Shown here one piece after another: positions 9,049-19,132 of a stretch of 64,000 nucleotides of DNA. Every line of letters starts with the position of its first letter. Positions within the stretch are counted from its first letter, which is position 1. The translations under genes were made by a program, and so were the position numbers. The notes under the pieces were generated by a model, which saw nothing but the letters and a program-made list of their open reading frames with translations, was not told the origin of the DNA and made no database searches. The DNA is from a virus. The DNA is taken from positions 46,226-110,225 of the IMG/VR virus record IMGVR_UViG_3300045988_091501. One strand, written 5' to 3'.

Positions 9049-11196
9049 ATGGCATTAGTTAAACCTATTGCACAAAGCATATCAGCATTTGACGCAACAC
9101 AAGATAAGACATTTAGTTTTACCTCTAGTGGCGGTAGCCAAGTTGTTGCCAATAGGATTACAATTAGACTACAATCCGATAATAGTGTGGTCTATCAAAA
9201 TAAAGTAACATCTTATCGGTTTGAACAAACTGTGCCTAGTGGTACTTTAAAGAACGATAATTATTATAATTTCTATTTCAATACATTCGATATAGATGAC
9301 AATATGAGTGATGATAGTAATGTAATTCAGTTTTATTGTTACAGTGAACCTACGTTTAGTTTCACAAATTTGCCATTGAATAATTTAGTTGAAAATAGTA
9401 GTTATACATTTAATGTAGCTTACAATCAAACAGAGGGTGAACTACTTAATTATGTCAAGTTTTATCTATATGACAGTTTAGGACAGACAGTTGATGAAAG
9501 CGATTTTTATTATGGTCGTGTTCAAATGCCTATTTACTTTTCACATACATTTGGCGGATTCGACAATACCGCAAATTATGAAGTAGAAGCTATTGCTACA
9601 ACAGTAAATGGTATGACTGTTTCTACAGGTAAATATGCGTTTAATGTAAGATACTATCACCCTCAATTATTTAATCTATTAGACCTAGAGAATAATTGTG
9701 CAAAAGGGTATGTAAATATCAAAAGTAATATAAATGTTGCTGATGGTGAAGTACCACCAGAATTTGATCCACCTACATATCTTGATTCATTAGCGGCCTC
9801 AAATCCACAAGATTATGTGCATTGGGATATACCATTCACTTATGAAGAAGGTCAAGAAATAAGTCTATGGGTTACGCCTAGTGCTTTAGACGTTCACCAA
9901 TATGGTAACTGGGTAAAATGGTCTAAAGGATTTCGTATTAAGCAAAATTTCACATTTACTGCATTTATGAAAGCTGGTCGGTTTGGTGAGTTTGCTTTAA
10001 TTGGAACTAGGCAAAATGGATTTATACTTAGCCTAGTTAGAGAAATTCCTTACACTGAAACGGAAGTAAAGGACAAGATTGTAGTTGATGGATATGTTAA
10101 TGGTGTAAGAAAAGTTCATCAAGAATCTAATACCGTTGATATGTTAAATCAAAAGTCAAAGTATATGGTATGGTTTAGAAAGAGTGAAAATTACTACGAT
10201 GTAAGACTTGAAGTTCTAAGTCGCGGTACTGATACTTTGGCTTGGGATATAAAAGATATTGAGTTTGAACGTCTTACTGATAAATGGTATGTTGGTGAAG
10301 ATTATGCAATGGGTGAAGAATTTGTTACACAAGCTGATGATATGTCTAGTATATTCCCATTGTTTAACTTGATGCTATGGAATGGCATATATGACTTTAT
10401 GGATATTACTGGAAATGTATCAAGGAATTTCGACACAAATCAAAACCCTTATGATTATGATACATTTATACAATGTAATTTTAATGGTAATATAAGTGGG
10501 AGTAATGCGAATGTGCTGTTGTCCCAATTAAGATATGTTCGTATCAAGCGTAGAAAGAAAGGCACGTTTAAGTGGGTAACATTAAAGCAGTATGAAATTA
10601 CTTCTGCCGAAGACTTAGAATCTATCTTAATGCAAGATTATTTTGTACCTACAGATTATGATGCTGAATATGCTATTGTTCCTGTATTAGATGGTGATGT
10701 TGAAGGTGACTATGCTATCAATGGTATTAAGACAAAGTTTACTAATGTAACCATAGCAGACGCAAATACGGCATTTAGTTTTAGAGGTAACATAATATAC
10801 AATGGTGATACTAAGAACGCTCCTATGGCTACATACACGCCTTTAAAGGGCAAGTATGCTATCATAGAGAAGAACAGTGAACTTGATTATTGGAGTGGTT
10901 CAATTACATTAACAGTATTAGGATATAATTTTGACAAAACAAAGAGAATAGATAGAGCAGATGTTGTAAGAGAAACAAATGATTTATGCGAGTTCTTGAA
11001 TAATACAACTGCTAAGATTATAAAGGATTGGAATGGAAATATTCGTCTAGTGCGATTCACAGGTAGTCCACAAGTGGCATACGCTAATCTATATGGCAAT
11101 GGTATTGCTTATGTAACTGCTACTTGGGTTGAGCAAGGTGGATATGACAATCAATACGATTTATACGCAAATGGTCTAGTAGACTTAGAACAATAG
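9049..11196 (+). CDS. putative distal-tail (Dit-like) / baseplate protein
   Basis: 715-aa ORF with aaaggagg RBS. The call rests on position upstream of the Tal-like gene, not on a diagnostic motif. Confidence 0.35.
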   Translation: MALVKPIAQSISAFDATQDKTFSFTSSGGSQVVANRITIRLQSDNSVVYQNKVTSYRFEQTVPSGTLKNDNYYNFYFNTFDIDDNMSDDSNVIQFYCYSEPTFSFTNLPLNNLVENSSYTFNVAYNQTEGELLNYVKFYLYDSLGQTVDESDFYYGRVQMPIYFSHTFGGFDNTANYEVEAIATTVNGMTVSTGKYAFNVRYYHPQLFNLLDLENNCAKGYVNIKSNINVADGEVPPEFDPPTYLDSLAASNPQDYVHWDIPFTYEEGQEISLWVTPSALDVHQYGNWVKWSKGFRIKQNFTFTAFMKAGRFGEFALIGTRQNGFILSLVREIPYTETEVKDKIVVDGYVNGVRKVHQESNTVDMLNQKSKYMVWFRKSENYYDVRLEVLSRGTDTLAWDIKDIEFERLTDKWYVGEDYAMGEEFVTQADDMSSIFPLFNLMLWNGIYDFMDITGNVSRNFDTNQNPYDYDTFIQCNFNGNISGSNANVLLSQLRYVRIKRRKKGTFKWVTLKQYEITSAEDLESILMQDYFVPTDYDAEYAIVPVLDGDVEGDYAINGIKTKFTNVTIADANTAFSFRGNIIYNGDTKNAPMATYTPLKGKYAIIEKNSELDYWSGSITLTVLGYNFDKTKRIDRADVVRETNDLCEFLNNTTAKIIKDWNGNIRLVRFTGSPQVAYANLYGNGIAYVTATWVEQGGYDNQYDLYANGLVDLEQ

Positions 11197-11208
11197 AAAG
11201 GAGAAAAT

Positions 11209-12945
11209 ATGCCTACACAAGCAGAATATAATTTGGCTAAACAAAGGCTACGGGTTAAATATTTTAAGATAAATTTGCTTAATTATCAATTTCAAAATGT
11301 TGGTGAATTAACAGGTGATACGATTGAAACACCAAGTTTTACTATTGATGCAAATTCAGATATTCGTAGAACTTGTAGTATAGTATTTACTCCTAGAGAT
11401 AGTTCTTTCGACATTAGGCAAGGAAACAAAATTTGGCTTGATAAATATGTTCAAGTATTTGTCGGTCAAAAAGATATGAGAACAAATAAGATAGAATATA
11501 CTAATATGGGGATTTATTTAATAAATAATCCCCAACGTGTATATTCTGCAACAGATAACACTTTAACAATTCAAGGTGTTGACTTAATGGCTAGAATGAC
11601 AGGTTTAAGAAATGGCAACTTGCAAGGAATACCATACTTAGTACCTCAAGGCTCAAATGTTCGTGTTGCAATTATAGCTTGTCTTGAAATAGCTGGGTTT
11701 ACAAAATATGTCGTTGACGAATGTGAAATTGATACACCTAATGATATTAAAATTGATGTAGGTGGGACAATTTATCAGATATTGACAAAATTAAGGGATA
11801 TACTACCGAATTATCAGATGTATTTTGATGTAGACGGAGTATTCCATTACAACAAAATCCCTAGTGGTAAGAATGAGCAAGTTATGGTTGATGATGATAT
11901 ATGGAATGTGAATGTGGTCAACTATCAAAAAGCAACTAGCTTTGAAACGTTAAAGAACTCTATTGAGGTGTTTGGCAAGACGCATGATATTAAGAATTAT
12001 GGCGGTCAAGCAACTATTGATGGAGATACATATAAAATTTCTATAGCTGGGGTTAAGAAGTTAAGGAAAAATACAAAGATAGGTTTTAATACAAATGTTG
12101 ACTTAGGACAGACCAAGAAATTATCAGTGACAACAACTAAGACTAAGGTAAATAGTTCTACAGGCGAGGTTACAACAGAAACAACAACTGAAACTTATTC
12201 TATTAGAACTGAAAAGGGTGTTGTACCGACATTTAAAAATGAAGATACTTATTATGTTGTTAAGTTTGTGTTCGGTACTGACCATTGGGAATTTACAAAT
12301 GTTCAACAAGTAGAGAATCCTGTTGTTGCCGTTATCAGTGATGATGTCTATATTATCAATGATGCAAGTATATCACAATTAACAGATGGTATGACATATA
12401 CATTTAGGACTCCAAAGACAGGGTGTGAGAATGTATACTTACCTTATTTCAGAATTAACAATTTAAAGAAGTTAGAGATCAAAAACACTGTCAAGTTAAG
12501 GAATGATACAACTTATACATTGAAATATTTTGAAGCAAGTGAATATGACCAAGAGAAATATTTTCAATTTATGGGTGAGGTAACTCCATATGCTCAAATT
12601 AAAGAAGAAAATCCTGATAGTCCATATTATGTTGGTGGGTCTGTTGGGGAGATTCGGCAAGTGTTACAAGGTGGAGATTATGATAATATCTACACAAGTG
12701 ACTTGGCTATGGAAAGGGCGAAATATGAGTTATATAGGTTATGTAGATTACAAGACAGCGTAACAATAAATACCATTCCTATTTACTGGTTAGATGTAAA
12801 TTGGTTAATAGAGATTACTTTACCCAATAAATATGGAATAGAAGAAAAAGAGTTATACATGATTAAATCTATTAACATAGGGAATGGACTAGGAGCTACT
12901 CAAAGTATTACTGCTTCAAAATATTATCCATTTTATGATGAGTAA
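11209..12945 (+). CDS. putative tail hub / Tal-like minor structural protein
   Basis: 578-aa ORF with aaaggag RBS. The N-terminal region resembles prophage tail hub N-termini from memory only. Confidence 0.4.
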   Translation: MPTQAEYNLAKQRLRVKYFKINLLNYQFQNVGELTGDTIETPSFTIDANSDIRRTCSIVFTPRDSSFDIRQGNKIWLDKYVQVFVGQKDMRTNKIEYTNMGIYLINNPQRVYSATDNTLTIQGVDLMARMTGLRNGNLQGIPYLVPQGSNVRVAIIACLEIAGFTKYVVDECEIDTPNDIKIDVGGTIYQILTKLRDILPNYQMYFDVDGVFHYNKIPSGKNEQVMVDDDIWNVNVVNYQKATSFETLKNSIEVFGKTHDIKNYGGQATIDGDTYKISIAGVKKLRKNTKIGFNTNVDLGQTKKLSVTTTKTKVNSSTGEVTTETTTETYSIRTEKGVVPTFKNEDTYYVVKFVFGTDHWEFTNVQQVENPVVAVISDDVYIINDASISQLTDGMTYTFRTPKTGCENVYLPYFRINNLKKLEIKNTVKLRNDTTYTLKYFEASEYDQEKYFQFMGEVTPYAQIKEENPDSPYYVGGSVGEIRQVLQGGDYDNIYTSDLAMERAKYELYRLCRLQDSVTINTIPIYWLDVNWLIEITLPNKYGIEEKELYMIKSINIGNGLGATQSITASKYYPFYDE

Positions 12946-13046
12946 TTATATATAGTAAAAGGACAGTGGGTTGCAAACTATTTTCTAATGACCTTATTAG
13001 AATTACTTTTACTATATCTATATCTATAAAAGGAAAGGGCTGTACA

Positions 13047-13625
13047 ATGAACAATAAAAAAGAAAAAGAAGAAGAAATTTGGAAACCAATAGTTTCATTA
13101 CAACAGTACAATAAATATTATGAAATTTCTAATTTTGGCAATGTTAGAAATAAAAATCATTATGTTTTAAAACAACAAAAGGGAAAACATAATGAATATA
13201 GACGTATTATGTTAATTAGAGGGTGTTCTTTTGCTATACATAGGCTTGTAGCAGAAGCTTTTCTTGACAAAGCAGATTTTAAATATTGTGATTATGAAGA
13301 TATTAGCAATATTGATTTAGATAAATTAAAAATCAATCATAAAGATGAAGATCCTTCTAATAATTACGTAGATAATCTTGAGTGGTGTACGGATAGTTAT
13401 AACTGTTCTTATGGTACAAGAAACGAAAGAAGAGCAGAAAAAATGAGAATTCCAATAAAACAATATTCTTTAAACGGAGAATTTATTAAGGATTGGGATG
13501 GAGCTTACATAGCGAAAAAAGAATTAAATTTCAAAACAGACACTCATATTATAGAATGTTGTGAAGACAAAAGAAAGACTGCCTATAAATATATTTGGAA
13601 ATATGCTAATTATGATGAAGAATAA
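13047..13625 (+). CDS. HNH homing endonuclease (NUMOD4-like N-terminus)
   Basis: EIWKPIV..YYEISNFGNVRN (NUMOD4-like), INHKDEDPSNNYVDNLEWCT (HNH) and a C-terminal IKQYSLNGEFIKDW repeat. Inserted between tail genes. Confidence 0.75.
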   Translation: MNNKKEKEEEIWKPIVSLQQYNKYYEISNFGNVRNKNHYVLKQQKGKHNEYRRIMLIRGCSFAIHRLVAEAFLDKADFKYCDYEDISNIDLDKLKINHKDEDPSNNYVDNLEWCTDSYNCSYGTRNERRAEKMRIPIKQYSLNGEFIKDWDGAYIAKKELNFKTDTHIIECCEDKRKTAYKYIWKYANYDEE

Positions 13626-13639
13626 AGGAGATTTTAATT

Positions 13640-14272
13640 ATGGCAAATGAATCAGTATTGTTTAAACGTGGTGATAGTGCTACAATTACTAGCACACCAG
13701 TAATAGACGGGCAAATACTTTTTGATACAAGTGGCAATGGGAAAATGTATTTAGACAATGGTACAGATAGACTAGAAATGGGTGGAGCAGTTACAGTTGA
13801 TGCTTCTCTTTCTAAGACTTCTACTAATGCCGTTCAAAATAAAGCAGTAACAGGTAATATCTTAAATAGTTTAAAAGAAGTTAGCGCGGCTACACAACAA
13901 AATACGATTGCTGGTGCTTTGGCATTAAAAGAGGCAAACAGTGTATTAAAAGAGACAAATAGTAATTTGGGCGGTTGTTCATTCGAGCAGGAAGGAAATG
14001 ATTTTTATATCACAGGTGCTGATTCAGTGCGAAAAAAATTGGGTAGAACGGGGACAATCGCTGGTGTTGCCGTATATTTTGACGATCCTCCGCACTCTGT
14101 GCTCAAAACTTGGCAAGGAGGTTGCGTAAAATGGGATGGCGACAAGTTGATCGTCACTGTCGAAGATGACTATGCGCAAGGCCATCTTACAGTAGGCACA
14201 GTAATTGGAAAGAGAAATAGACCTCAAACATGGGGAGATACAACGGAAGGGTTTTTCATACTCTGGTATTAA
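13640..14272 (+). CDS. tail-fibre-like protein
   Basis: N-terminus MANESVLFKRGDSATI...GQILFDTSGNGKMYLDNG is typical of fibre / HylP / Mtd_N-type N-termini. The C-terminal part lies in a visibly GC-richer segment. Confidence 0.6.
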   Translation: MANESVLFKRGDSATITSTPVIDGQILFDTSGNGKMYLDNGTDRLEMGGAVTVDASLSKTSTNAVQNKAVTGNILNSLKEVSAATQQNTIAGALALKEANSVLKETNSNLGGCSFEQEGNDFYITGADSVRKKLGRTGTIAGVAVYFDDPPHSVLKTWQGGCVKWDGDKLIVTVEDDYAQGHLTVGTVIGKRNRPQTWGDTTEGFFILWY

Positions 14273-14290
14273 AGTTCGGAGGTAATATTT

Positions 14291-14374
14291 ATGCGTTATC
14301 TAAAAAACTTCTTTAAACTTTGCATTTTGTTTTCCTTCGGCGGATATTTGTACAGTACACATGGAGAAAGTTGA
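14291..14374 (+). CDS. 27-aa hydrophobic peptide
   Basis: GGAGG sits 8 nt upstream of the ATG. Peptide: MRYLKNFFKLCILFSFGGYLYSTHGES. Lies inside the GC-rich segment. Confidence 0.25.
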   Translation: MRYLKNFFKLCILFSFGGYLYSTHGES

Positions 14375-14460
14375 AACAGTCGAACTATATTATCTTACTA
14401 TTTGTGAAGAAGACGTTCGGCGCATATATAAATTGTTATGTTAAAAGAAAGGAGTTTTAT

Positions 14461-15327
14461 ATGTCATATATAAAATTTTTGAATAGTGATGAACACTTAG
14501 ATGGCGTTGTTAGAGTTGTTGATGAACACACCATTGAGGTTACTGGTTGTAATCAAAATCTAAGTGGTCTACAATGGTTTACAGATAGTGATATTATGTT
14601 TGGTGATTATAGCAAATTCAAATATGACTACGGTGAACCAAATTTAGGAGATAAAGTATATAAATATACGAATGATAACCATAAGTGGAAGAAGCCTATT
14701 TACACTACAACATTTAATGTTAATGGTGGTGGAACTGCTCAAGGGGCTTTAACACAAAAGGTTGCAAAGTATGAGGATTTAGTCATCCCTACAATTACAA
14801 CAGAAGAAAATTATTTGTTTGATGGTTGGAATCCTGTAATCCCTTCAAGTGGAGATATTACAGAGAACCGAACATTTACAGCAGAATTTACTTATGTTGA
14901 ACCATTAGAATCCGTAAAGGCTCGTAAAATTGATGAAATGAATCAAATTCAACAACAGACTATTGAGAATGGATTTAACGCAACTTTAACGGATGGAACA
15001 GTTGAACATTTTACTCTTACAGGGCATGACCAAACATCATTGCTTGGTTTAGCTGGTCAAGTTCAAGCTGGAATTGAACAAATTCCTTGGCACACAAGTG
15101 ACCATGATGAACATTGTAAATATTATTCTAATGCTGATATGAAAATTATTACAGATACGGCTACTTTTTTTGTGACTCTACAGGTAACATGGTTTAGAGA
15201 TTTAAGAATTTATATTAATAGTTTGCAAACTAAAGAAGAAGTAGAAGCTATTGAGTATAATATCATCATTCCAGAAGAGTATCAAAGTGAAGTATTAAAA
15301 GATTTGTTAAAGTCTATGGAGAAATAA
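14461..15327 (+). CDS. fibre-associated protein with Listeria-Bacteroides-type repeat and DUF4376-like C-terminus
   Basis: ATG with aaaggag RBS (the track ORF N-extension is rejected). TTTFNVNGGG...YLFDGWNP...FTAEFTY repeat. C-terminal KARKIDEMN...HFTLTGHDQTSL region. Confidence 0.6.
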   Translation: MSYIKFLNSDEHLDGVVRVVDEHTIEVTGCNQNLSGLQWFTDSDIMFGDYSKFKYDYGEPNLGDKVYKYTNDNHKWKKPIYTTTFNVNGGGTAQGALTQKVAKYEDLVIPTITTEENYLFDGWNPVIPSSGDITENRTFTAEFTYVEPLESVKARKIDEMNQIQQQTIENGFNATLTDGTVEHFTLTGHDQTSLLGLAGQVQAGIEQIPWHTSDHDEHCKYYSNADMKIITDTATFFVTLQVTWFRDLRIYINSLQTKEEVEAIEYNIIIPEEYQSEVLKDLLKSMEK

Positions 15328-15328
15328 T

Positions 15329-15973
15329 ATGAGTTATGGTAAGGACATTAGCGGAAGACGGTATGGGAAACTTGTTGCCATTAAGCCGACTGGTGAAACA
15401 AAAAATGGTAGAAAAATTTGGTTGTGCCAATGTGATTGTGGAAATACAAAAACTACAACTGTGACAATGCTAAATAGTGGAAAAACTTCTTCTTGCGGTT
15501 GTTATAAAATTGAAAAAGCAAGATCTGATTCAACAACTCATAATAAGAGAAATACTAGACTTTATACAATATGGAGTCATATGAAAGATAGGTGTTATAA
15601 TCCTAACAGTAAGATTTATAGATTTTATGGAGAAAGAAATATAATTATATGTGATGAATGGAAAAATGATTTTGAAGCGTTTTATAATTGGGCTATAAAT
15701 AATGGCTATGACGATTCGTCAACGATCGACAGAATAAATTCTTTTGGGAATTATGAACCAAGTAATTGTAGATGGATTACCATACAAGACCAACAAAGAA
15801 ATAGAACAAATAATAGATTTATCACATATAATAGTGAAACGAAAACTCTTTCCCAATGGGCTACAGAGTATGGGTTCACGTGGGAACAATTAAGAGATAG
15901 AATTGATAAATTAGGCTGGGATTTTGAAAAAGCAATTTTGACACCAATACACAAACATAAAATAGGAAAATGA
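15329..15973 (+). CDS. homing-endonuclease-like DNA-binding protein (family with 51334-52248)
   Basis: GRRYGKLVAI, CQCDCGN..SCGC, and the module RLYTIWSHMKDRCYNP..YGERNIIICDEW..FYNWAINNGY..IDRIN..YEPSNCRWI, which is shared with 51334-52248. Confidence 0.5.
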   Translation: MSYGKDISGRRYGKLVAIKPTGETKNGRKIWLCQCDCGNTKTTTVTMLNSGKTSSCGCYKIEKARSDSTTHNKRNTRLYTIWSHMKDRCYNPNSKIYRFYGERNIIICDEWKNDFEAFYNWAINNGYDDSSTIDRINSFGNYEPSNCRWITIQDQQRNRTNNRFITYNSETKTLSQWATEYGFTWEQLRDRIDKLGWDFEKAILTPIHKHKIGK

Positions 15974-15974
15974 T

Positions 15975-16445
15975 ATGAAGTATATATTAGGTAAATTAGG
16001 TTTATTCATATCTGTAGGCTTCACTTATTATATGCTAGAATGTTTCTTCCGAGGATATAGTCATTGGTCTATGTTCCTGCTTGCTGGATTTTTAGGTATA
16101 TTTGTAATAGACGGTGTGAATGATATACTGTCGTTTGAATGTGACTATCTTATACAAGTGCTAATTGTAACAACCCTTTGCACAATAGCGGAGGGTTGTT
16201 GTGGTTTAATTGTAAATGTATGGTTAGGATTAAATGTATGGGATTATTCCAATATGCCTTGGGGAACATTTTTCTTTGGACAATGTAATATTATATTCTG
16301 TCTTGTGTGGATGGCTTTAGTTGGCTTGTTTGGAATATTTTATTGTGATGGATATGATTATTATATAATGAAGATTGATCCTTGTCCTTATTATAAGATA
16401 TTCGGTAAGGTCTTTTTACGTTTCAAAGAAAGGAAGAACATATGA
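15975..16445 (+). CDS. multi-pass membrane protein
   Basis: 156 aa with about 4 hydrophobic segments, immediately upstream of the lysis genes. Confidence 0.6.
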   Translation: MKYILGKLGLFISVGFTYYMLECFFRGYSHWSMFLLAGFLGIFVIDGVNDILSFECDYLIQVLIVTTLCTIAEGCCGLIVNVWLGLNVWDYSNMPWGTFFFGQCNIIFCLVWMALVGLFGIFYCDGYDYYIMKIDPCPYYKIFGKVFLRFKERKNI

Positions 16446-16543
16446 TAGAAGATTTAAGAAAGATTATTATAGATATGAGAGCAAATGGTTTGTCTTTAAA
16501 TACATTGATACGAATAGTAAAAGAAATGTATCGTGTAAAGTAG
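16442..16543 (+). CDS. 33-aa hypothetical protein
   Basis: ATGA overlap with the preceding stop codon. Weak aaaggaag RBS. Confidence 0.25.
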   Translation: MIEDLRKIIIDMRANGLSLNTLIRIVKEMYRVK

Positions 16544-16558
16544 AAAGGAGTACATATT

Positions 16559-16927
16559 ATGCAAGAAGCAATTCAATTATTAGGATTATTAGGATTGGCT
16601 GTTATTAGTAACACTTTAGGTGGAACGTATGTTAATGTAAATATTAAGGATTTTAAGTTCGATTGGAAGAAATTAGTTAATGGTATCGCAAAGGCTTTAA
16701 TGATTGCCTTTATGTTCTTATCATTAGCTTATATTTTAGACCAAATTCCTAGCTTAATTGATGTTTTAGGTATGCAACCTAAGGCTATGATTATTGGTGC
16801 TATCAGTATTTATGTCGCTAAAACAGGTCAACACCTAATTGATATTTTTGGACTAAAGAAAGATGAAGTAAAAAAGGTCGAAGATAACATTCAAGACAAA
16901 ATTGAAGAAGAATATATGGATAGATAG
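16559..16927 (+). CDS. holin
   Basis: 122 aa with hydrophobic segments and a charged C-terminus. Directly upstream of the endolysin, with aaaggag RBS. Confidence 0.6.
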   Translation: MQEAIQLLGLLGLAVISNTLGGTYVNVNIKDFKFDWKKLVNGIAKALMIAFMFLSLAYILDQIPSLIDVLGMQPKAMIIGAISIYVAKTGQHLIDIFGLKKDEVKKVEDNIQDKIEEEYMDR

Positions 16928-16938
16928 GAGATGGTAAT

Positions 16939-18192
16939 ATGACAGTTAAAGAATTTCTTGATAAGATTGTTGATAACACCGTCTTAGATTGTAATAGAAA
17001 TAATCTATTGCCTAGTCCTACATTGGCTCAAGCAATTATTGAGAGTAGATATGGTACTAGTACATTGGCAACTCAAGCAAACGCTTTGTTCGGTATTAAG
17101 GCTAATTCTAAGTGGACAGGAAAGACATATTCTATCAATACAAAGGAATATAAAAATGGTCAATATGTAACTGTTGTAGCCGCATTTAGAGCCTATGACA
17201 GTTGGGATGATTCTATTATTGACCACAACCAATTTCTATTGAAGAATAAGCGTTATAACAATCTTGTGGGGGTACGAGATTATAAGGAATATTGTAAACT
17301 AATTAAACAAGATGGATATGCAACAAGCCCGACTTATACGCAGACATTGATTGATTGTATTGAAAAATATAATCTTGCTCAGTATGATGTTATTGCAGAA
17401 GAAAAGAAGGATGAAGAGGTAATTGAACCTACAACTCCATTCGTTAAAAGAAAGTTTAATGTTCACGCTGGTCACAATCCTAGCGGAATGGTTGCTTGTG
17501 GTTCTATTGGATATTTAGATGAGTCCACAGAAAATAGGAATGTATGCAACGGTCTTATTACATCGTTGACAGATATGGGGCATATCGCTTATGACTGTAC
17601 TTGCAATGATGGAACAAGTCAAAAGGATATTCTACAAAAAATTGTTGCTAAGTGTAATTCACATGAGGTTGATTTAGATATTTCTATTCACTTTAATGCC
17701 ATTAGCAAAGAAACTGAAAAAGATGGTGTAACCAAGGGTGTAGAAGTATGGATTCATCCTAATAGCAGAGGGACTGAAACTGAAACAACTGCAAAGGCTA
17801 TTTGTAGTGCTGTAGCTAATTTAGGATTTACTAATCGTGGTGTCAAGTATAGCAACGGTTTATATGTATTAAAGAATACAAAAGCTCCTGCTATGTTGAT
17901 CGAATGTTGCTTTGTAGATGACCCCGATGATTTTGAACTGTACGATTGTGAAAAAATGGTTAAAGCCATTTTATTAGGTCTTACTGGTTCTGAGGGCGTT
18001 GATAAGCCACAAGTTGAAGATAAGGATTATTATTACACTGTCGTTGTTGGATATTATGCAAATGAAAGCGGTGCTTTGACATTAAAGAAACAACTTGAAG
18101 ATTATGGATATTTGTTAAATCCTAATGAAGATGAGTTACATAAGGGGATTGTGACAAGTATACAAAAGATTCCAAAGGAATACTTAGGATAG
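16939..18192 (+). CDS. endolysin: glucosaminidase + Amidase_3 + SPOR-like domain
   Basis: LLPSPTLAQAIIESRYGTS..LFGIKA (glucosaminidase), HAGHNPSG..ISIHFNA..LIECCFVDD (amidase_3), YYTVVVGYYANESGALTLKKQLEDYGY (SPOR-like). Confidence 0.85.
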   Translation: MTVKEFLDKIVDNTVLDCNRNNLLPSPTLAQAIIESRYGTSTLATQANALFGIKANSKWTGKTYSINTKEYKNGQYVTVVAAFRAYDSWDDSIIDHNQFLLKNKRYNNLVGVRDYKEYCKLIKQDGYATSPTYTQTLIDCIEKYNLAQYDVIAEEKKDEEVIEPTTPFVKRKFNVHAGHNPSGMVACGSIGYLDESTENRNVCNGLITSLTDMGHIAYDCTCNDGTSQKDILQKIVAKCNSHEVDLDISIHFNAISKETEKDGVTKGVEVWIHPNSRGTETETTAKAICSAVANLGFTNRGVKYSNGLYVLKNTKAPAMLIECCFVDDPDDFELYDCEKMVKAILLGLTGSEGVDKPQVEDKDYYYTVVVGYYANESGALTLKKQLEDYGYLLNPNEDELHKGIVTSIQKIPKEYLG

Positions 18193-18196
18193 TACT

Positions 18197-18235
18197 ATGG
18201 GGAGAGGTCTTAATTGACTTCTCCCCATTTTTTTA
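18197..18235 (+). terminator. intrinsic terminator at the convergence of the late and early modules
   Basis: 13-bp stem atggggagaggtc / gacttctccccat (one G-T pair), 6-nt loop, then a T7 run. Confidence 0.8.
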
Positions 18236-18385
18236 CTTTTTTAGTATTTTAAGAAGCATAGAATATAATTTATAAATAAAACTAGAGTGCCATTTATCAA
18301 TCTTTTGTTGAAGTTTTCGATTGTAGTCATCTACAAACTCAACAAATTCTCTGTACTCTTCTTCTGTAATAGGTTTATTCTCCAT
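18233..18385 (-). CDS. small hypothetical protein (50 aa)
   Basis: ATG at 18385 is preceded by GGAGGA. The longer track start would overlap the dUTPase gene. Confidence 0.35.
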   Translation of the reverse strand: MENKPITEEEYREFVEFVDDYNRKLQQKIDKWHSSFIYKLYSMLLKILKK

Positions 18386-18938
18386 TTGTTGAACCAAATC
18401 CTCCATTCCTTTTTGCTGTAATTTTTCCTTCCTTTGCAAGATAATATTTAGTGAAAATACCTTGTGCAAAAGCATCACCTCGTTTTAGATTGATAGTTTT
18501 ATCATCAAGTGTACTATTAGTTATTTTAATAAAAATATGTCCTTCATTATCAGAATAGAAATAATCTTCATCAACAATTCCAACAGTATTATTTAATTGA
18601 CAGCGATACTTAAAACCAAGACTGCTTCTAGGATAGATTTGTAGCACATAATTCTTCTTCATCTTACATCTAATACCTGTAGGAATCTTAACTGTTGTAT
18701 TAGGCACGATATTCAAATCAATAGGTGTATAGAAATCATACCCTGCACTACCACTTGTAGCACGTTGAGGTAGTTTGATTGAATCATAAAATGGTCTGAT
18801 AAATGAATCTAGGTCAATTGTTTTAATAGTTCCATCTTCAAGTTCTCTTGTTGTTTGTAAATTAAATGTCTTAACAAAGTCGTTAAAAAATTGTTCGTAT
18901 GATACCTTTTCAAATTGTGCGACTGTTCTAAATAACAT
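18375..18938 (-). CDS. dut: dUTPase
   Basis: SGSAGYDFY, IYPRSSLG, GIVDEDY and RNGGFGSTN motifs. Confidence 0.8.
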   Translation of the reverse strand: MLFRTVAQFEKVSYEQFFNDFVKTFNLQTTRELEDGTIKTIDLDSFIRPFYDSIKLPQRATSGSAGYDFYTPIDLNIVPNTTVKIPTGIRCKMKKNYVLQIYPRSSLGFKYRCQLNNTVGIVDEDYFYSDNEGHIFIKITNSTLDDKTINLKRGDAFAQGIFTKYYLAKEGKITAKRNGGFGSTNGE

Positions 18939-19122
18939 TATTTTTCCTCCCGTGTTTATATCTTAATTCCCCAATGTCCAAAATCCCATTGATAAACCAT
19001 AATAATGCAGTGGTAATACACAATACTGTAGAAAATGTAGTAGGTACTTGAAATGCACAGATTATAGCTAATAATGACAATGTAAATTTTACAATGATTA
19101 AAATAATATTGATTAAAACCAT
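18928..19122 (-). CDS. small membrane protein
   Basis: 64 aa with two hydrophobic segments. Confidence 0.5.
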   Translation of the reverse strand: MVLINIILIIVKFTLSLLAIICAFQVPTTFSTVLCITTALLWFINGILDIGELRYKHGRKNNVI

Positions 19123-19132
19123 ATTGTCCCCT

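Noticed and set aside
12966-13046. GTG-initiated N-terminal extension of the HNH gene, and the similar extension 14320-14460 of the fibre-associated gene.
   Set aside because: Internal ATGs at 13047 and 14461 have proper RBSs. The extensions have no SD and odd composition.
13640-14272. Diversity-generating retroelement targeting the Mtd_N-like fibre protein.
   Set aside because: No reverse transcriptase, template repeat or AAC/AAT-rich variable repeat was seen anywhere in the window.
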